The position numbers and the translations under genes were made by a program. A model generated the notes under the pieces. That model had not been told where the DNA came from. It ran no database searches and worked only from the letters and a program-made list of their open reading frames with translations. A DNA stretch of 63,298 nt, filler included, from an uncultured bacterium (GTDB lineage Bacteria > CAZSTA01): assembly GCA_964609495.1 (NCBI GenBank). It is 8 parts of 8 records of this genome, joined end to end, with 100 filler letters (N's around TTAATTAATTAA, not from the genome) between each part and the next. Parts side by side here need not be neighbours in the genome. Positions count along the whole stretch, not along the records: positions 24,152 to 32,035 come from CAZSTA010000176.1; positions 32,136 to 39,955 come from CAZSTA010000177.1; positions 40,056 to 47,807 come from CAZSTA010000178.1; 5 more parts are not named here. One strand, 5' to 3'. This document shows, piece by piece, positions 29,768 through 40,122 of this stretch; the stretch's first letter is position 1, and every line of letters begins with the position of its first letter.

Positions 29768-29961
29768 GCTCATATTCGCATAAGGTGCGCTAGGCTAATC
29801 TAATGAGCGAAGGGAATAATTTAGTCTATACTTCGTATTACCCCCCTCACCCTATCCCTCTCCCACGAGGGGAGAGGGAACACTGAGATTAAACTAAAGC
29901 CCTTTATCCTCTATTGCGAAGTATAGACATTTTTAGCTAGGCACGCTATTCCAATATGAGC
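29768..29961. mobile_element. nested inverted-repeat element (MITE with GTCTATACTTCGYA ends around a REP-like hairpin, inside an older imperfect IR)
   Basis: GTCTATACTTCGTA (29824) / TGCGAAGTATAGAC (29915-29928); outer GCTCATATT...AATATGAGC. Confidence 0.6.
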
Positions 29962-29966
29962 GAAGT

Positions 29967-31424
29967 TCAGAATGGATGTCTCCTCACGATCTTGAATACA
30001 TAGGCGTGTTCACAGGGCTTCTTAGCGGGGGGCTTGATCTTAAGACCTTCTTTGGTCAGCGACCATTCCAATTCCTTATCAACGCCAAGCATCTTGATGA
30101 AGCAAATCTCCGACTCATACAATACTTTCAGAGATTCAATGGTCACCTGCTCCCCCGGCCAGCCCAGGCAAGTCGCATATAGCACATCATCCTTAACTGT
30201 AAATCGAATATCCTGGGCCGTATATTGGACCTCCTCTCTCTCACTAAAAGCTCCGCTCTTCTTCATTTGGGTAGGCCCTTCCCCATAAACTAACCAGGGC
30301 GTGGTTCCGTAGATAGCTTCACCATTGATATCCAACCATTTGCCTATCCCCAATAGACACTCTTTCGCCAGCTCCGGAATATCTCCATTCGACTTGGGAC
30401 CGACATTCAACAGAAGGTAACCATTCTTGCTCACGTTGTCCACAAGATTGTGCACCAGCGTTCTCACCGGTTTGAAACCCGCCTCCTGAACATAGGACCA
30501 GGCACCCTTCTCATCCACCGAGGTGTCTGTGATCCAATCGTGATAGGTTAGTTCGCTCATTCGCCCCAATTCAAGGTCCACAACAGCTGTCTCAGGGGCG
30601 AGACAATGGTGCTTATAGGTTACGACAACTTCCTTGCCCCATTCCCTGCCCTTGTTATAGTAGTAAGCCAGAAATTCCTTCTTATATTGCTCTTGGATTC
30701 GTTGCAACCCAAAGTCGAACCATAGCATATCAGGTCTATACTTGTCGATGACCTCCAGAATCTTTGCCTTCCACTTCTCGAGAAATTCTTGGCTGGGTTT
30801 CTCTTGATCGAAAAACTCTGGGCCGACTTCAGTATCTATATTGTGTATCGGGCCATACAGGCCTGAGTAGCGCGGGTCCGAAGTATCATATTCTTTTTTC
30901 CAATGAGGAAAGAACCACCAATTCGCAGCGTGGTGAAGGGCTATCATGAACCTCATGCCCTGCTTCCGGATAGCCTTCTCCAGCTCTCCCACAACGTCTC
31001 TCTTAGGACCCATCCTGGCCGCATTCCATTCCGTAAGTTCGCTGTCCCACATAGCAAAACCATCATGATGTTCACCAACAGGACCGGCGAATTGAGCGCC
31101 AGCTTTCTTGAACAGTTCTGCCCACTCGTCCGGATCGAACTTCTCTCCCTTGAACATAGGGATAAAGTCTTTATAACCAAACTCCGAGGGAGGACCGTAG
31201 GTTCTCAAGTGGTATTGATACTGCTCAGTCCCTTCCCTATACATGTTGTAGGGATACCACGTGCCATTCGGGCCGCAGGCGGGAACTGAGTAGATCCCCC
31301 AGTGGGTATATATACCGAATTTGGCATCCTTGAACCATTGGGGAGTAGTATGAGTCTTGAGAGAATTCCAGGTTGGTTTGTAGGTTTTATTCACCTTTGT
31401 CAAGCTCCTTTGCTTTTTTTGCAC
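29967..31424 (-). CDS. alpha-L-fucosidase (GH29)
   Basis: WFKDAKFGIYTHWG, EHHDGF, LWFD, VSKNGYLLLNVGP. Confidence 0.93.
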   Translation of the reverse strand: MQKKQRSLTKVNKTYKPTWNSLKTHTTPQWFKDAKFGIYTHWGIYSVPACGPNGTWYPYNMYREGTEQYQYHLRTYGPPSEFGYKDFIPMFKGEKFDPDEWAELFKKAGAQFAGPVGEHHDGFAMWDSELTEWNAARMGPKRDVVGELEKAIRKQGMRFMIALHHAANWWFFPHWKKEYDTSDPRYSGLYGPIHNIDTEVGPEFFDQEKPSQEFLEKWKAKILEVIDKYRPDMLWFDFGLQRIQEQYKKEFLAYYYNKGREWGKEVVVTYKHHCLAPETAVVDLELGRMSELTYHDWITDTSVDEKGAWSYVQEAGFKPVRTLVHNLVDNVSKNGYLLLNVGPKSNGDIPELAKECLLGIGKWLDINGEAIYGTTPWLVYGEGPTQMKKSGAFSEREEVQYTAQDIRFTVKDDVLYATCLGWPGEQVTIESLKVLYESEICFIKMLGVDKELEWSLTKEGLKIKPPAKKPCEHAYVFKIVRRHPF

Positions 31425-31905
31425 GCTCCAATATTTCCTCTAACGGTATATATTTACCATCCCAGTATTCAAATACTCTTAAACCTTCATCTTCCAGTAT
31501 AGGTCCGATAACCTCTACGCTACTGTCTATTCTCCTTATTATCTCTTCGCAGGGGATGAATTTGTGATCACCTGGTATCAACTTTGAAAAGGCAGCGTTT
31601 GATACACCATACACTATCTTAGGTATCCCGGCAGCCAGTATTGCAAATATACAACGGACACATGGAGCGGTGCTCGTATATAATATGCTCCTTGATAAAA
31701 TGCTGTCTGGATATCGTTGCATGCACTTAATCGCAAGATTATATTCTGCATGTCCATATTTCCCCCCACCAGTTACTTCTGTATTCTCTGCTGTCTCGAT
31801 TATTTCACCATCGTGAACAAGCACTGCTCCAAATGTGTGATTTCCCTTTTTTCCAGAACTAATGGCTAATGAATAACATTCTCTAATGAATTGCTTATGT
31901 CGCAT
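31387..31905 (-). CDS. nucleoside/nucleobase deaminase (HAE...PCxxC)
   Basis: FGAVLV, GHAE, STAPCVRC. Confidence 0.88.
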   Translation of the reverse strand: MRHKQFIRECYSLAISSGKKGNHTFGAVLVHDGEIIETAENTEVTGGGKYGHAEYNLAIKCMQRYPDSILSRSILYTSTAPCVRCIFAILAAGIPKIVYGVSNAAFSKLIPGDHKFIPCEEIIRRIDSSVEVIGPILEDEGLRVFEYWDGKYIPLEEILERAKKAKELDKGE

Positions 31906-32135
31906 TCCATTTCATCTCCTATTAAGTATCAAACATACCTATCCAATTATGCGGCGATATTTCGCCTAACGGATGAAGCATTGACGACTACCATTAGCTC
32001 AAAAGATGCGCACGTCTATTTGGCGGATGAAAGAGNNNNNNNNNNNNNNNNNNNNNNNNNNNNNNNNNNNNNNNNNNNNTTAATTAATTAANNNNNNNNN
32101 NNNNNNNNNNNNNNNNNNNNNNNNNNNNNNNNNNN

Positions 32136-32514
32136 CAAAAGGCACCTTGATCTTAGGTTTGGGTTTGACCTTAGCCATCCCCATCTGGTGGAAGATCTTG
32201 CGCACTTCATCAGGATGCAAGGGGGTAGGCTTAGAACCCGATCCTACGAAGCCAGTCACTCCCGGGGTATTGCGCACCACATGCCAGGATTCATCGGTAA
32301 GATCCATCTCCACTAATAGATAACCCGGATATATCTTCTTCTCCGTAATCTTATCTCCCCCATCTTTAGTCTTCTCTATAGTCTCCTCGGCGGGGATGAT
32401 TATACGAAATATCTTGTCCTCCATACCCATCGATTCGATACGGCTTTCTAAATTGGCTTTTACTTTATTCTCATATCCTGAATAGGTATGGATCACATAC
32501 CAGCTCTTCTCCAT
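32136..32514 (-). CDS. nusG: transcription termination/antitermination factor NusG, 3' truncated
   Basis: WYVIHTYSGYENKV, YPGYLLVEM, VRNTPGVTGFVG. Confidence 0.97.
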
Positions 32515-32541
32515 GGTTGAGGATATTCCCCCTCTTTAACC

Positions 32542-32745
32542 TCACTTTATCTTCAATAGAAAAGATAACACCCCACTCAAGAGCGTATCTATTGCCCCGA
32601 TATAAGCTGCCATAATAACAATTGTGATTAGAACGATACCAGTGGTAGATATCGTCTCCTGACGGGTTGGCCAGGCCACTTTCCTTAGCTCGATTATAGC
32701 TTCCCGAATGAATCTTCTGATTCGTTCATACAAATTCCTAATCAT
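32542..32745 (-). CDS. secE: preprotein translocase subunit SecE
   Basis: ELRKVAWPTR plus one TM segment; ATG at 32745 after GAGGAG. Confidence 0.93.
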   Translation of the reverse strand: MIRNLYERIRRFIREAIIELRKVAWPTRQETISTTGIVLITIVIMAAYIGAIDTLLSGVLSFLLKIK

Positions 32746-32783
32746 CTTCACGCTCCTCGGATCGATAAGAGGCTTATCATAAT

Positions 32784-32933
32784 TTATCTGGTCTCTCGAT
32801 GAAGAGTATGCTTTCCACAAAATTTGCAATACTTCTTGATCTGAAATCTGCCAGATATAGTCTGCTTATTTTTGGTAGTAGTATAGTTTCTTCTTTTACA
32901 TTCTTCACAAGCTAACTTAATCAATACCCGCAC
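32784..32933 (-). CDS. rpmG: 50S ribosomal protein L33 (zinc type), missing from the ORF track
   Basis: [60 protein letters not shown]; promoter TTGACA-17 bp-TATACT at 32965-32993. Confidence 0.96.
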   Translation of the reverse strand: MRVLIKLACEECKRRNYTTTKNKQTISGRFQIKKYCKFCGKHTLHRETR

Positions 32934-33018
32934 TATTCGCACCTCCTAACTCTTTATCAGAGTAAGTATACCATAGAAATGATTTTATGTCAAGACTTTC
33001 TGCGGGGTTTATTTTTCC

Positions 33019-33201
33019 AAGTATGTAAAACTTCGTGCTAAGAAAGATATGTTTCTCCCTCACCCTTTCCCACGAGGGGAGAGGGATCGTAATTGAGAAG
33101 CTCTCTTGATCTTTTATTTTCCCCTCTCGTCGAGGGAGGGGTTAGGGGGGAGGGTGATTTAAGGGAAGTTCAATTTCCCAGCACAAAGTTTACATGCTTA
33201 C
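33019..33201 (-). mobile_element. complete composite MITE (imperfect TIRs enclosing two opposed REP-like hairpins)
   Basis: AAGTATGTAAAACTTCGTGCT ... AGCACAAAGTTTACATGCTTAC; same layout as 59956-60159. Confidence 0.7.
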
Positions 33202-33284
33202 TTTATTTTCTGGGAGTTGCCTATAATCCTCTTTTATGTTATAATTACTTTAATTATACTATATAGAAGGACGGATGAGAGAGA

Positions 33285-33578
33285 ATGGAAGTGCGCCTAT
33301 GTCAGAGGTGTGGAAAAGTCCTAAAAGAGGAAGACCTTCGTTATATCGCGGAGATAAAGGTATATGCCGCCCCGAAGGAGATAGAGATAAATCTTGAAGA
33401 TCTGATAAAAGATTACAAATTCAGAATAAATAGAGTGGTGGAAGAGATAGCACAAAAGGGCGAAAAGGAATTATCAGATGAAATATATACTGAATGGAAA
33501 TTCGATCTATGTCCCGAATGCCATAAGGAATACATCAAGGATCCTTTAGGGATCAACAGAGGTGAGAATCTGAGTTAG
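33285..33578 (+). CDS. small protein with two CxxC pairs (zinc ribbon-like)
   Basis: CQRCG...LCPECH. Confidence 0.8.
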   Translation: MEVRLCQRCGKVLKEEDLRYIAEIKVYAAPKEIEINLEDLIKDYKFRINRVVEEIAQKGEKELSDEIYTEWKFDLCPECHKEYIKDPLGINRGENLS

Positions 33579-33706
33579 AGATCTATCGACTTCACCAATT
33601 AATAACCCCCTCGAAGTTTTCAGGGGATTTTTGTTTTTACATCTATTGACAATATGCAACTCTATATGATAATATTAGAGATAATTACTGAGATAGGATA
33701 AAGGAG

Positions 33707-34678
33707 ATGATATATTTGCCAGAGAAAGTCAGAGTCGTGGGGCTAGGGAGTTGCACTGTAGATTACTTCGGTCTCACTCCTAAGATAATCGGACCCGAAG
33801 AGAAGGTAAATATGAGAGGATTAGAGGTTTATGCTGGAGGAGTGACAGCCAATAACCTAACCCAAGTCGCCCGTTTGGGAGTCAAAACTGGTTGGTTCGG
33901 AAAGCTGGGCGATGACGAAAATGGACGAATAATTATGGAAGCATTTAAAGAAGATGATATGGATATAAGCCATATTAAGATAATAAAGGGAGAGCGCTCT
34001 ACCTTTTGTTGGATTCCTGTTGATCCTCAAGGTAATAGATGTATATATATGTTTCGTAATGTCACTGCTAAATTAACTCCGGAGGAGATCGATGAGTACT
34101 TCAGCGATTATATAGCTCAAGCTGATGCCTTTCATACCGAAGCCTCCCAACTACCCTTACCTCCAGTGATAAGAGCTATAGAGATAGCTAAGGAGAATAA
34201 CACTAGGGTAGTATTCGATCTAGATATGGATCCCACTTACTTTGTGGAGGTCGCGGGACTCGGGACTAGAGAGGAATTAAGTAGAGCCTTAGAACTCTCC
34301 GACGTATTGAAGCCTTGTAAGGACGCCGCAGCCGAGATAACCGGGGAGACCGATCTTGAGAGAGCCGCGGTTAAGCTCTTAGATATGGGACCCGAGCTAG
34401 TTGCTCTGACAGCAGGAGAGAGAGGATGTATCATAGCTACCAAAGATAAGGTAGTCAAAGTTCCTACTTTTGAAGTTACAGTAGTGGATACCACCGGAGC
34501 GGGAGATGCTTTTCAAGGTGGATTATCCTATGCTATTTTGCAGGGATGGGATCTAGAACAAGTGGGGAGATTCGCCAATGCCTGCGCAGCTCTTTGCTGT
34601 ACTAAGATTGGGGCTAGGGCGATGTTCGGTCTAAAGGAAGTTAATGCGCTGATAGAAAATGGGAAGATTTTAAGCTAG
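33707..34678 (+). CDS. PfkB family carbohydrate kinase
   Basis: GGVTAN, GKLGDD, VVDTTGAGDAF. Confidence 0.93.
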   Translation: MIYLPEKVRVVGLGSCTVDYFGLTPKIIGPEEKVNMRGLEVYAGGVTANNLTQVARLGVKTGWFGKLGDDENGRIIMEAFKEDDMDISHIKIIKGERSTFCWIPVDPQGNRCIYMFRNVTAKLTPEEIDEYFSDYIAQADAFHTEASQLPLPPVIRAIEIAKENNTRVVFDLDMDPTYFVEVAGLGTREELSRALELSDVLKPCKDAAAEITGETDLERAAVKLLDMGPELVALTAGERGCIIATKDKVVKVPTFEVTVVDTTGAGDAFQGGLSYAILQGWDLEQVGRFANACAALCCTKIGARAMFGLKEVNALIENGKILS

Positions 34679-34897
34679 TCGAATTATTTCCCCAAATCAA
34701 TGAGAGATAAGTTAAATCTAACAGAGCTTAACATAGATCTTGAAGAAATTGGGATATAATCGCAAAAGTGCTTGGGAGAAGCTAAATATCTAATCAAACC
34801 GAAGTTTTCGATATCAAAATCCCATGAATTAGAGTGTATATTCGTGGGATTTTGTCTCTCATATCACAATTCACCTGTTGTAAAGGTTCTCTAATAC

Positions 34898-34952
34898 TTT
34901 ACAAATTTGGAATTTAGTGATATAATATAAGTACAATCGACCTTATGTTCGA
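34898..34952 (+). promoter_or_regulatory. nurA-herA promoter with a Gram-positive-type LexA (SOS) box
   Basis: TTTACA-17 bp-TATAAT; TCGACC-TTAT-GTTCGA at 34937-34952, one mismatch to TCGAAC-N4-GTTCGA. Confidence 0.6.
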
Positions 34953-34974
34953 TTATAAATAGAGATGGCTCAAA

Positions 34975-36024
34975 ATGCTTAATATAAATAAAAATTTAGA
35001 GGATCAGCTCAGACAAATGGTGGACTTCGTCAAGGAGATATTGGCGGAGGAGCCCGATCACATAGAATTAGAGCAGGGAGAAGATGTCGATCCTCTCTTG
35101 CTTGATATAGATCCAGATGAGCTAGAATTTATACCTATAGATCCCGAGGCAGAGGTAGAAAAGGTAGCCGCGGTGGATGGAGGTTCCTCTATCATCGCTG
35201 ATGGTCTTTCCTTCCAGATAGGTATGTATCGAGCTGGATATCTGATATTTCAAGGAGATAAATTAGCGGAAGAGCATCTACCTCCCCCGACCGTTCTATC
35301 TATAACCGATGATAACTTCAAGACGCTATATGCTGAGGCTTATTATGAGTTAACTGGTCAAGAGCCAAAACGCTTCCCCAAGGCATCTCGTTTAATCGGT
35401 GAACTTAGATCACTTCAGGAGTGGTTCTTAACCGAGAAACTGGTGGATAAAATGGGTCCAGGGGATATAGTGCTGACTGATGGGTCTCTAAGAGTTAGTA
35501 CCTCAGCACCTAGCAGTGCTTTACAGAGGATAACCTCTTCTGCAGCTGCAAAAGGAGTGCATATAGTGGCGATCACCAAACAGAGCACTCTCCGGTGGGG
35601 AAAGCGATCTCCTCTTATTCCTCGCATCTCTCAATTGGGAGATGAGCGTTATCCAAGTAGCTCTTGGCTGTGCCGAATAAGTGATCTACATCGCGATATT
35701 AAAGATCGCACTTGGTATAGCGTCATCTACGTGGCTAAGCTATGCAGTGGGGCACCATTCGGCTTCAGAATCGATATTAATCGAGAAGATGATACCGATC
35801 CTTCCATCATTATGTCTAAGCTAGCGAGATATAGCAAGGATCCTGTTTATTTAGGATACCCCTATCCTTTGGCGGCGATCCATAACTTCGTTCGACTAAC
35901 TCCGACTGAGATCGAGGATATAAGATATCGCTTACAAAGTCTAGCTTTGGAGAGAGGAATAGATATCAAGGATTGGGATATGTTATTTAAAGATTTCCAC
36001 GAGTTGTTGGATATAAATCAATGA
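34975..36024 (+). CDS. nurA: NurA family nuclease
   Basis: AAVDGGS, LTDGSL, AITKQS, GYPYPLAAIHNFVR. Confidence 0.9.
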   Translation: MLNINKNLEDQLRQMVDFVKEILAEEPDHIELEQGEDVDPLLLDIDPDELEFIPIDPEAEVEKVAAVDGGSSIIADGLSFQIGMYRAGYLIFQGDKLAEEHLPPPTVLSITDDNFKTLYAEAYYELTGQEPKRFPKASRLIGELRSLQEWFLTEKLVDKMGPGDIVLTDGSLRVSTSAPSSALQRITSSAAAKGVHIVAITKQSTLRWGKRSPLIPRISQLGDERYPSSSWLCRISDLHRDIKDRTWYSVIYVAKLCSGAPFGFRIDINREDDTDPSIIMSKLARYSKDPVYLGYPYPLAAIHNFVRLTPTEIEDIRYRLQSLALERGIDIKDWDMLFKDFHELLDINQ

Positions 36025-36076
36025 TATTGAGGGGGAGCTTCCCTCGCTATCAAAATGGTGAGGTTTGAATAAGGAT

Positions 36077-37639
36077 ATGGCTGATAGATACAAGGGAAGA
36101 GTTTTTGGCAGAAGTGTAATGGAGATATACTTCCGTTCCTATTACGAGGAGGAAGTCCATCTGGGAGATATACTAGTAGTCGAAGATACTGAGAGGGATT
36201 TCAGATTCTATTTGAGGGTGATCGATCTCTTCTATGGAACGGAGGCTACCGATCCCGATTGGGCGGTGCGAACTGCTGGGAATATGATGTTAATGGATAA
36301 TGAGGATCAAAACTACGATCTTCATGATAGAGGTCGACGTCTGTATAAGATAGGAAAATGCATTCCTTTAGGTATCCTCAAGAATGGCGAGTTTCGAAAG
36401 CCCAAGACTGTTCCTACTCACTTCTCCTGTGTGAAGAATCCTACCGAGAAGGATTTTGCCTTCCTAAAGAAGTTCATGGGAGATGTAGAGGTGGGAAGAC
36501 TGAGAAGCGGAGAGGAGATATTTGATTTTCCGGTAGGGATTCAAGGAGAGCTGTTTCCCTCTCATATAGGAGCCTTCGCTACCACGGGAATGGGTAAGAG
36601 CAATCTGATGAAAACCCTTGCCGCCAGCGTTATGGAATTGGGTAAATACAGTATGATGATCTTAGACCCCCATGGAGAATATTATGATGGAGGACCTGAG
36701 CCAGTGAGAAAAGGACTTAAACACCATCCCCTGGCAGATGAAAGGCTAAAAGTATATAGCTCTCGCAGGCTTACTGGCCCTTACAATCAGTTGAAGTTGA
36801 GCGCCAGCGAAATTAAAGTCGGTGATGTTCGCAATCTCTATTCCTTTAGCAGCGCTCAGATAGAGGCTTTAGCCGCAGTGGAGAGTTGTTATGAGGATGA
36901 GTGGTTAGTCAAACTAGCGGATATGGAGATAGAAGCTTTATCAGGAGATTTGGGAGGAGGGGGCTTCAGAGGGGCTACGATCTCGGTTCTGAAGAGAAGG
37001 GCGCTTAGTATTATGAACCTGCCTTTTATCCATCGAGATAAAGAGGTAACGATAACTCACGATGTAATAAGGGCTTTGCGTCAAGGGAAATTAGTGCTAA
37101 TAGATACCTCCAATATGGCTGAAGTAGAGGAGCTATTAGTAAGTTCTGTCCTAGCCCGTTCGATATTCGAGGCTAACAGAAACGCCTATCAAGATGAGAG
37201 GAAATTTAGAGAGGTTCTTCCTACGCTCATCGTTATGGAGGAAGCTCAGCGAGTTTTAGGGAAAAAGGTGGAGGGAGATACTAATATCTTCGCTCAGATA
37301 AGCCGAGAGGGACGTAAATTTAACACTGGTCTTTGTGCCATAACCCAACAACCGAAGCTGATAGATGAGGAATTACTCTCGCAGTTTAACACCCTCTTCA
37401 TCTTAGGATTAGCTGATGAACGAGATAGAAATATCCTCCGTAGCTCTGCTAAACAGGATATCTCTCAACTGGGAAATGAGATTCAAACCTTGATGGCGGG
37501 AGAGGTGCTTATCACTTCGCCTCGGGCTCCATTTGCAATACCAGCTATGATCCACCTCTACGAGGATTGGTTGCTAACTAGGAAGAGAATATTTAATAAA
37601 CGGGAACAGCCGATAGCGGATAAAGGATTCTTCGAATAG
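36077..37639 (+). CDS. herA: HerA-like ATPase/helicase (HAS barrel, DUF87)
   Basis: ATTGMGKSN, ILDPHGEY, MEEAQ, SREGRKF, TQQP; start 36065 or 36077. Confidence 0.9.
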   Translation: MADRYKGRVFGRSVMEIYFRSYYEEEVHLGDILVVEDTERDFRFYLRVIDLFYGTEATDPDWAVRTAGNMMLMDNEDQNYDLHDRGRRLYKIGKCIPLGILKNGEFRKPKTVPTHFSCVKNPTEKDFAFLKKFMGDVEVGRLRSGEEIFDFPVGIQGELFPSHIGAFATTGMGKSNLMKTLAASVMELGKYSMMILDPHGEYYDGGPEPVRKGLKHHPLADERLKVYSSRRLTGPYNQLKLSASEIKVGDVRNLYSFSSAQIEALAAVESCYEDEWLVKLADMEIEALSGDLGGGGFRGATISVLKRRALSIMNLPFIHRDKEVTITHDVIRALRQGKLVLIDTSNMAEVEELLVSSVLARSIFEANRNAYQDERKFREVLPTLIVMEEAQRVLGKKVEGDTNIFAQISREGRKFNTGLCAITQQPKLIDEELLSQFNTLFILGLADERDRNILRSSAKQDISQLGNEIQTLMAGEVLITSPRAPFAIPAMIHLYEDWLLTRKRIFNKREQPIADKGFFE

Positions 37640-37691
37640 AGAATCAAATTTGATAATACTTCAAATCGCTCGGCAGAGAGGAGTTGATTAG

Positions 37692-38858
37692 ATGACCACC
37701 CCTTTAGAACATGTGAAATATCTATCCGAAAATATTGGGCCTCGGGGATCAACTACAGTCGAGGAGAGAGAATCAGCCAAATATATAGCAGAGCAGATGG
37801 AGAAAGTTGGTGCTGAGGTATCAATAGAATCGTTCAAGTCTTATACCTCTTTTTCTTATCCCTACGGATCTATATATCTATTAAGCGTCATTGGTGGTTT
37901 CATAAGCTTAACTGCGAATTATATTTTATCCTTTATTTTGAGTCTCATAGCAGTAGTGATATTCGGATTTGAGACTCACTCTTATGAGTTGATAAGCAAG
38001 CTATTTCCTCGTCATCTCAGTCAAAACGTTCTCGGCAAGCTTAAAGCCTCCGAGCAGAGGAAGAGATTGCTTATCGTAAGCGCCCATTATGATTCATCCC
38101 GTTCAGCTATAAGTTTCAGCCCAACTATGGTGAAGAGCTTCCGCTCCTCCTTTCTGCTTATGAGCTTATCTCTAGCTCTGATCCCCGTTCTCAGTGCTTT
38201 AGGAGTGATAGTTAAAGGACGCGTCTGGTCTTATCTAGCTTTGATACCCTCCTTATATCTACTCTTCGCGGTTATACTTATGATTCACCGAGAACTTTTC
38301 GGCAAATATACCCCTGGAGCAAACGATAACGCCTCGGGGGTGGGAGTCCTTCTAAGTTTAGCTGAGACCTTGGGAAAGCAACCACTGGAGAATACCGAGA
38401 CCTGGTTTTTAGCTACTGGCTGTGAAGAGGTAGGAATGGTTGGAATGCTATCCTTTCTCCGAGAACATAAGGATGAGATGAAAGAAGCGTATCTGCTCAA
38501 TTTAGATAATGTAGGCATCGGAGATATAAAATACATCACCGCTGAAGGGATGCTCAAATCCTACCCTTCCCATCAAGAATTAGTATCAATAGCCCAAAAG
38601 ATAGCTTCCTCCCACCCTGAGATCGGAGCAGGACCTAAGATATATGATACCTTAACAACCGATGCTCTACCCGCTCTAGTTCGAGGATATAAGGCTATGA
38701 GCATTATGTCCTTCGATAAAGAAGGGGTGATCCCCAACTGGCATTGGAGGACGGATGTCTATGCTAATGTGGAGGAAGAGACCTTAAATAAAGTTGATAA
38801 ATATCTGTTAGAGATAGTTAGAGAGATGGACAAGCAAGTTGGAGAGTTAGATAGCTGA
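37692..38858 (+). CDS. membrane-embedded M28 family peptidase
   Basis: SAHYDS, GANDNASG, GCEEVG, NLDNVG, NWH. Confidence 0.9.
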   Translation: MTTPLEHVKYLSENIGPRGSTTVEERESAKYIAEQMEKVGAEVSIESFKSYTSFSYPYGSIYLLSVIGGFISLTANYILSFILSLIAVVIFGFETHSYELISKLFPRHLSQNVLGKLKASEQRKRLLIVSAHYDSSRSAISFSPTMVKSFRSSFLLMSLSLALIPVLSALGVIVKGRVWSYLALIPSLYLLFAVILMIHRELFGKYTPGANDNASGVGVLLSLAETLGKQPLENTETWFLATGCEEVGMVGMLSFLREHKDEMKEAYLLNLDNVGIGDIKYITAEGMLKSYPSHQELVSIAQKIASSHPEIGAGPKIYDTLTTDALPALVRGYKAMSIMSFDKEGVIPNWHWRTDVYANVEEETLNKVDKYLLEIVREMDKQVGELDS

Positions 38859-38960
38859 TTTCGACTAAGTAAGTAAAAGCTTGCGACTATATTGTATCCG
38901 CAAGGGGTGTTGAAAAATTACTTGACTAATTGATAAATATTGTGTAAGATCAAGAAAGGG

Positions 38961-39105
38961 AACTTTTTAATTCTGGTAACTTTTTAACCTTATATATTTT
39001 TGGAAGCAAAAGTTACCAGAACACTTGAAGCTCTATTTGTATAAGAGGGATTGAAAAGGTAACTTTTTTAACCGTGAGTTCTATTTGAGGCAAAAAGTTA
39101 CCTTT
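38961..39105. repeat. two tandem ACTTTT...AAAAGT palindromic repeats
   Basis: 38961-39028 matches 19865-19932; 39055-39105 has stem AAAAGGTAACTTTT/AAAAGTTACCTTTT; relative at 49553-49602. Confidence 0.75.
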
Positions 39106-39182
39106 TAGGGGAGAATTTCTCCTCCAATGTGAAAGCAAAAGTTCCCTTTTATATAATCTTGGCTACTTTTGGGGAAATAGAT

Positions 39183-39884
39183 TTGGTGAAAGATAACAAA
39201 TTTAATTTGAACCTTCCTCCTCGGCGAATCGAGATCTTCGCCGGGGGCTCTGGAAGTGGTAAGACCGAAATATCCATTAATAGAGCTATACAATTGAGGC
39301 GGAACGGGACCGAAGTAGCCCTAGTTGATCTGGATATCGTAAAGCCATATTTCCGCTCTAGGGAGAAGCGAGTCCAGTTGGAAGAGGAAGGCATAGCTCT
39401 AATATCCTCTCTCGAGAGGTTAATTCACTCCGATCTACCAGCCTTATCACCTCGGATAATGGGAGTTCTTCAAAATAGAGATTATACGGTCATCATAGAT
39501 GTGGGAGGCGATGACGAAGGAGCAGTAGCTTTAGGAAGATTTAAGCCCTATCTACCCGATGGTAGCTACGAGATGTATATGGTGATAAATACCAGGAGAC
39601 CTTTTAGTAGAGATGTTCGAGATATTATAAGAACAATGCAGAAGATAAGTTCTGCCTCTCGCCTGAAGATCACGGGTTTAGTCGGCAACACAAATTTGGG
39701 AAATGAGACCAATTGGCTTCATATAAAGGAAGGATATAGAACCCTTGAAGATGTGGCTTATGAGACAGGACTGCCCATAAGATTCATAAGCCTTAAGGAG
39801 GATCTCATCGAAGATAGCGAAGATTACGACATACCTCTTTTCCCCTTAAAGCTGTTTATTAAGCCACCCTGGGAGATAGATTAA
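39183..39884 (+). CDS. conserved P-loop ATP-binding protein (CobQ/MinD/ParA-like)
   Basis: GGSGSGKTE, DLDIVKPYFRSRE, DVGGDDEGA; start approximate. Confidence 0.85.
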   Translation: MVKDNKFNLNLPPRRIEIFAGGSGSGKTEISINRAIQLRRNGTEVALVDLDIVKPYFRSREKRVQLEEEGIALISSLERLIHSDLPALSPRIMGVLQNRDYTVIIDVGGDDEGAVALGRFKPYLPDGSYEMYMVINTRRPFSRDVRDIIRTMQKISSASRLKITGLVGNTNLGNETNWLHIKEGYRTLEDVAYETGLPIRFISLKEDLIEDSEDYDIPLFPLKLFIKPPWEID

Positions 39885-39907
39885 TCCGCCATAAGGAGGA
39901 ATGAGAA

Positions 39908-39955
39908 GTGATTTCTCAATTCACCGTATCTACTAGATCAAGAACAGCTATGGAG
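39908..39955 (+). CDS. probable YjbQ/UPF0047 protein, 5' fragment
   Basis: RBS AAGGAGG + GTG; MISQFTVSTRSRTAME. Confidence 0.45.
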
Positions 39956-40122
39956 NNNNNNNNNNNNNNNNNNNNNNNNNNNNNNNNNNNNNNNNNNNNT
40001 TAATTAATTAANNNNNNNNNNNNNNNNNNNNNNNNNNNNNNNNNNNNNNNNNNNNGACGGGAGGGGTTAGGGGAGGGTGATTTAAGGTGAGTTAAAGACC
40101 TAATCTGATCTCAGGGAAACAG

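Noticed and set aside
32746-32829. N-terminal extension of SecE in the ORF track
   Set aside because: It overlaps rpmG; an RBS supports the start at 32745.
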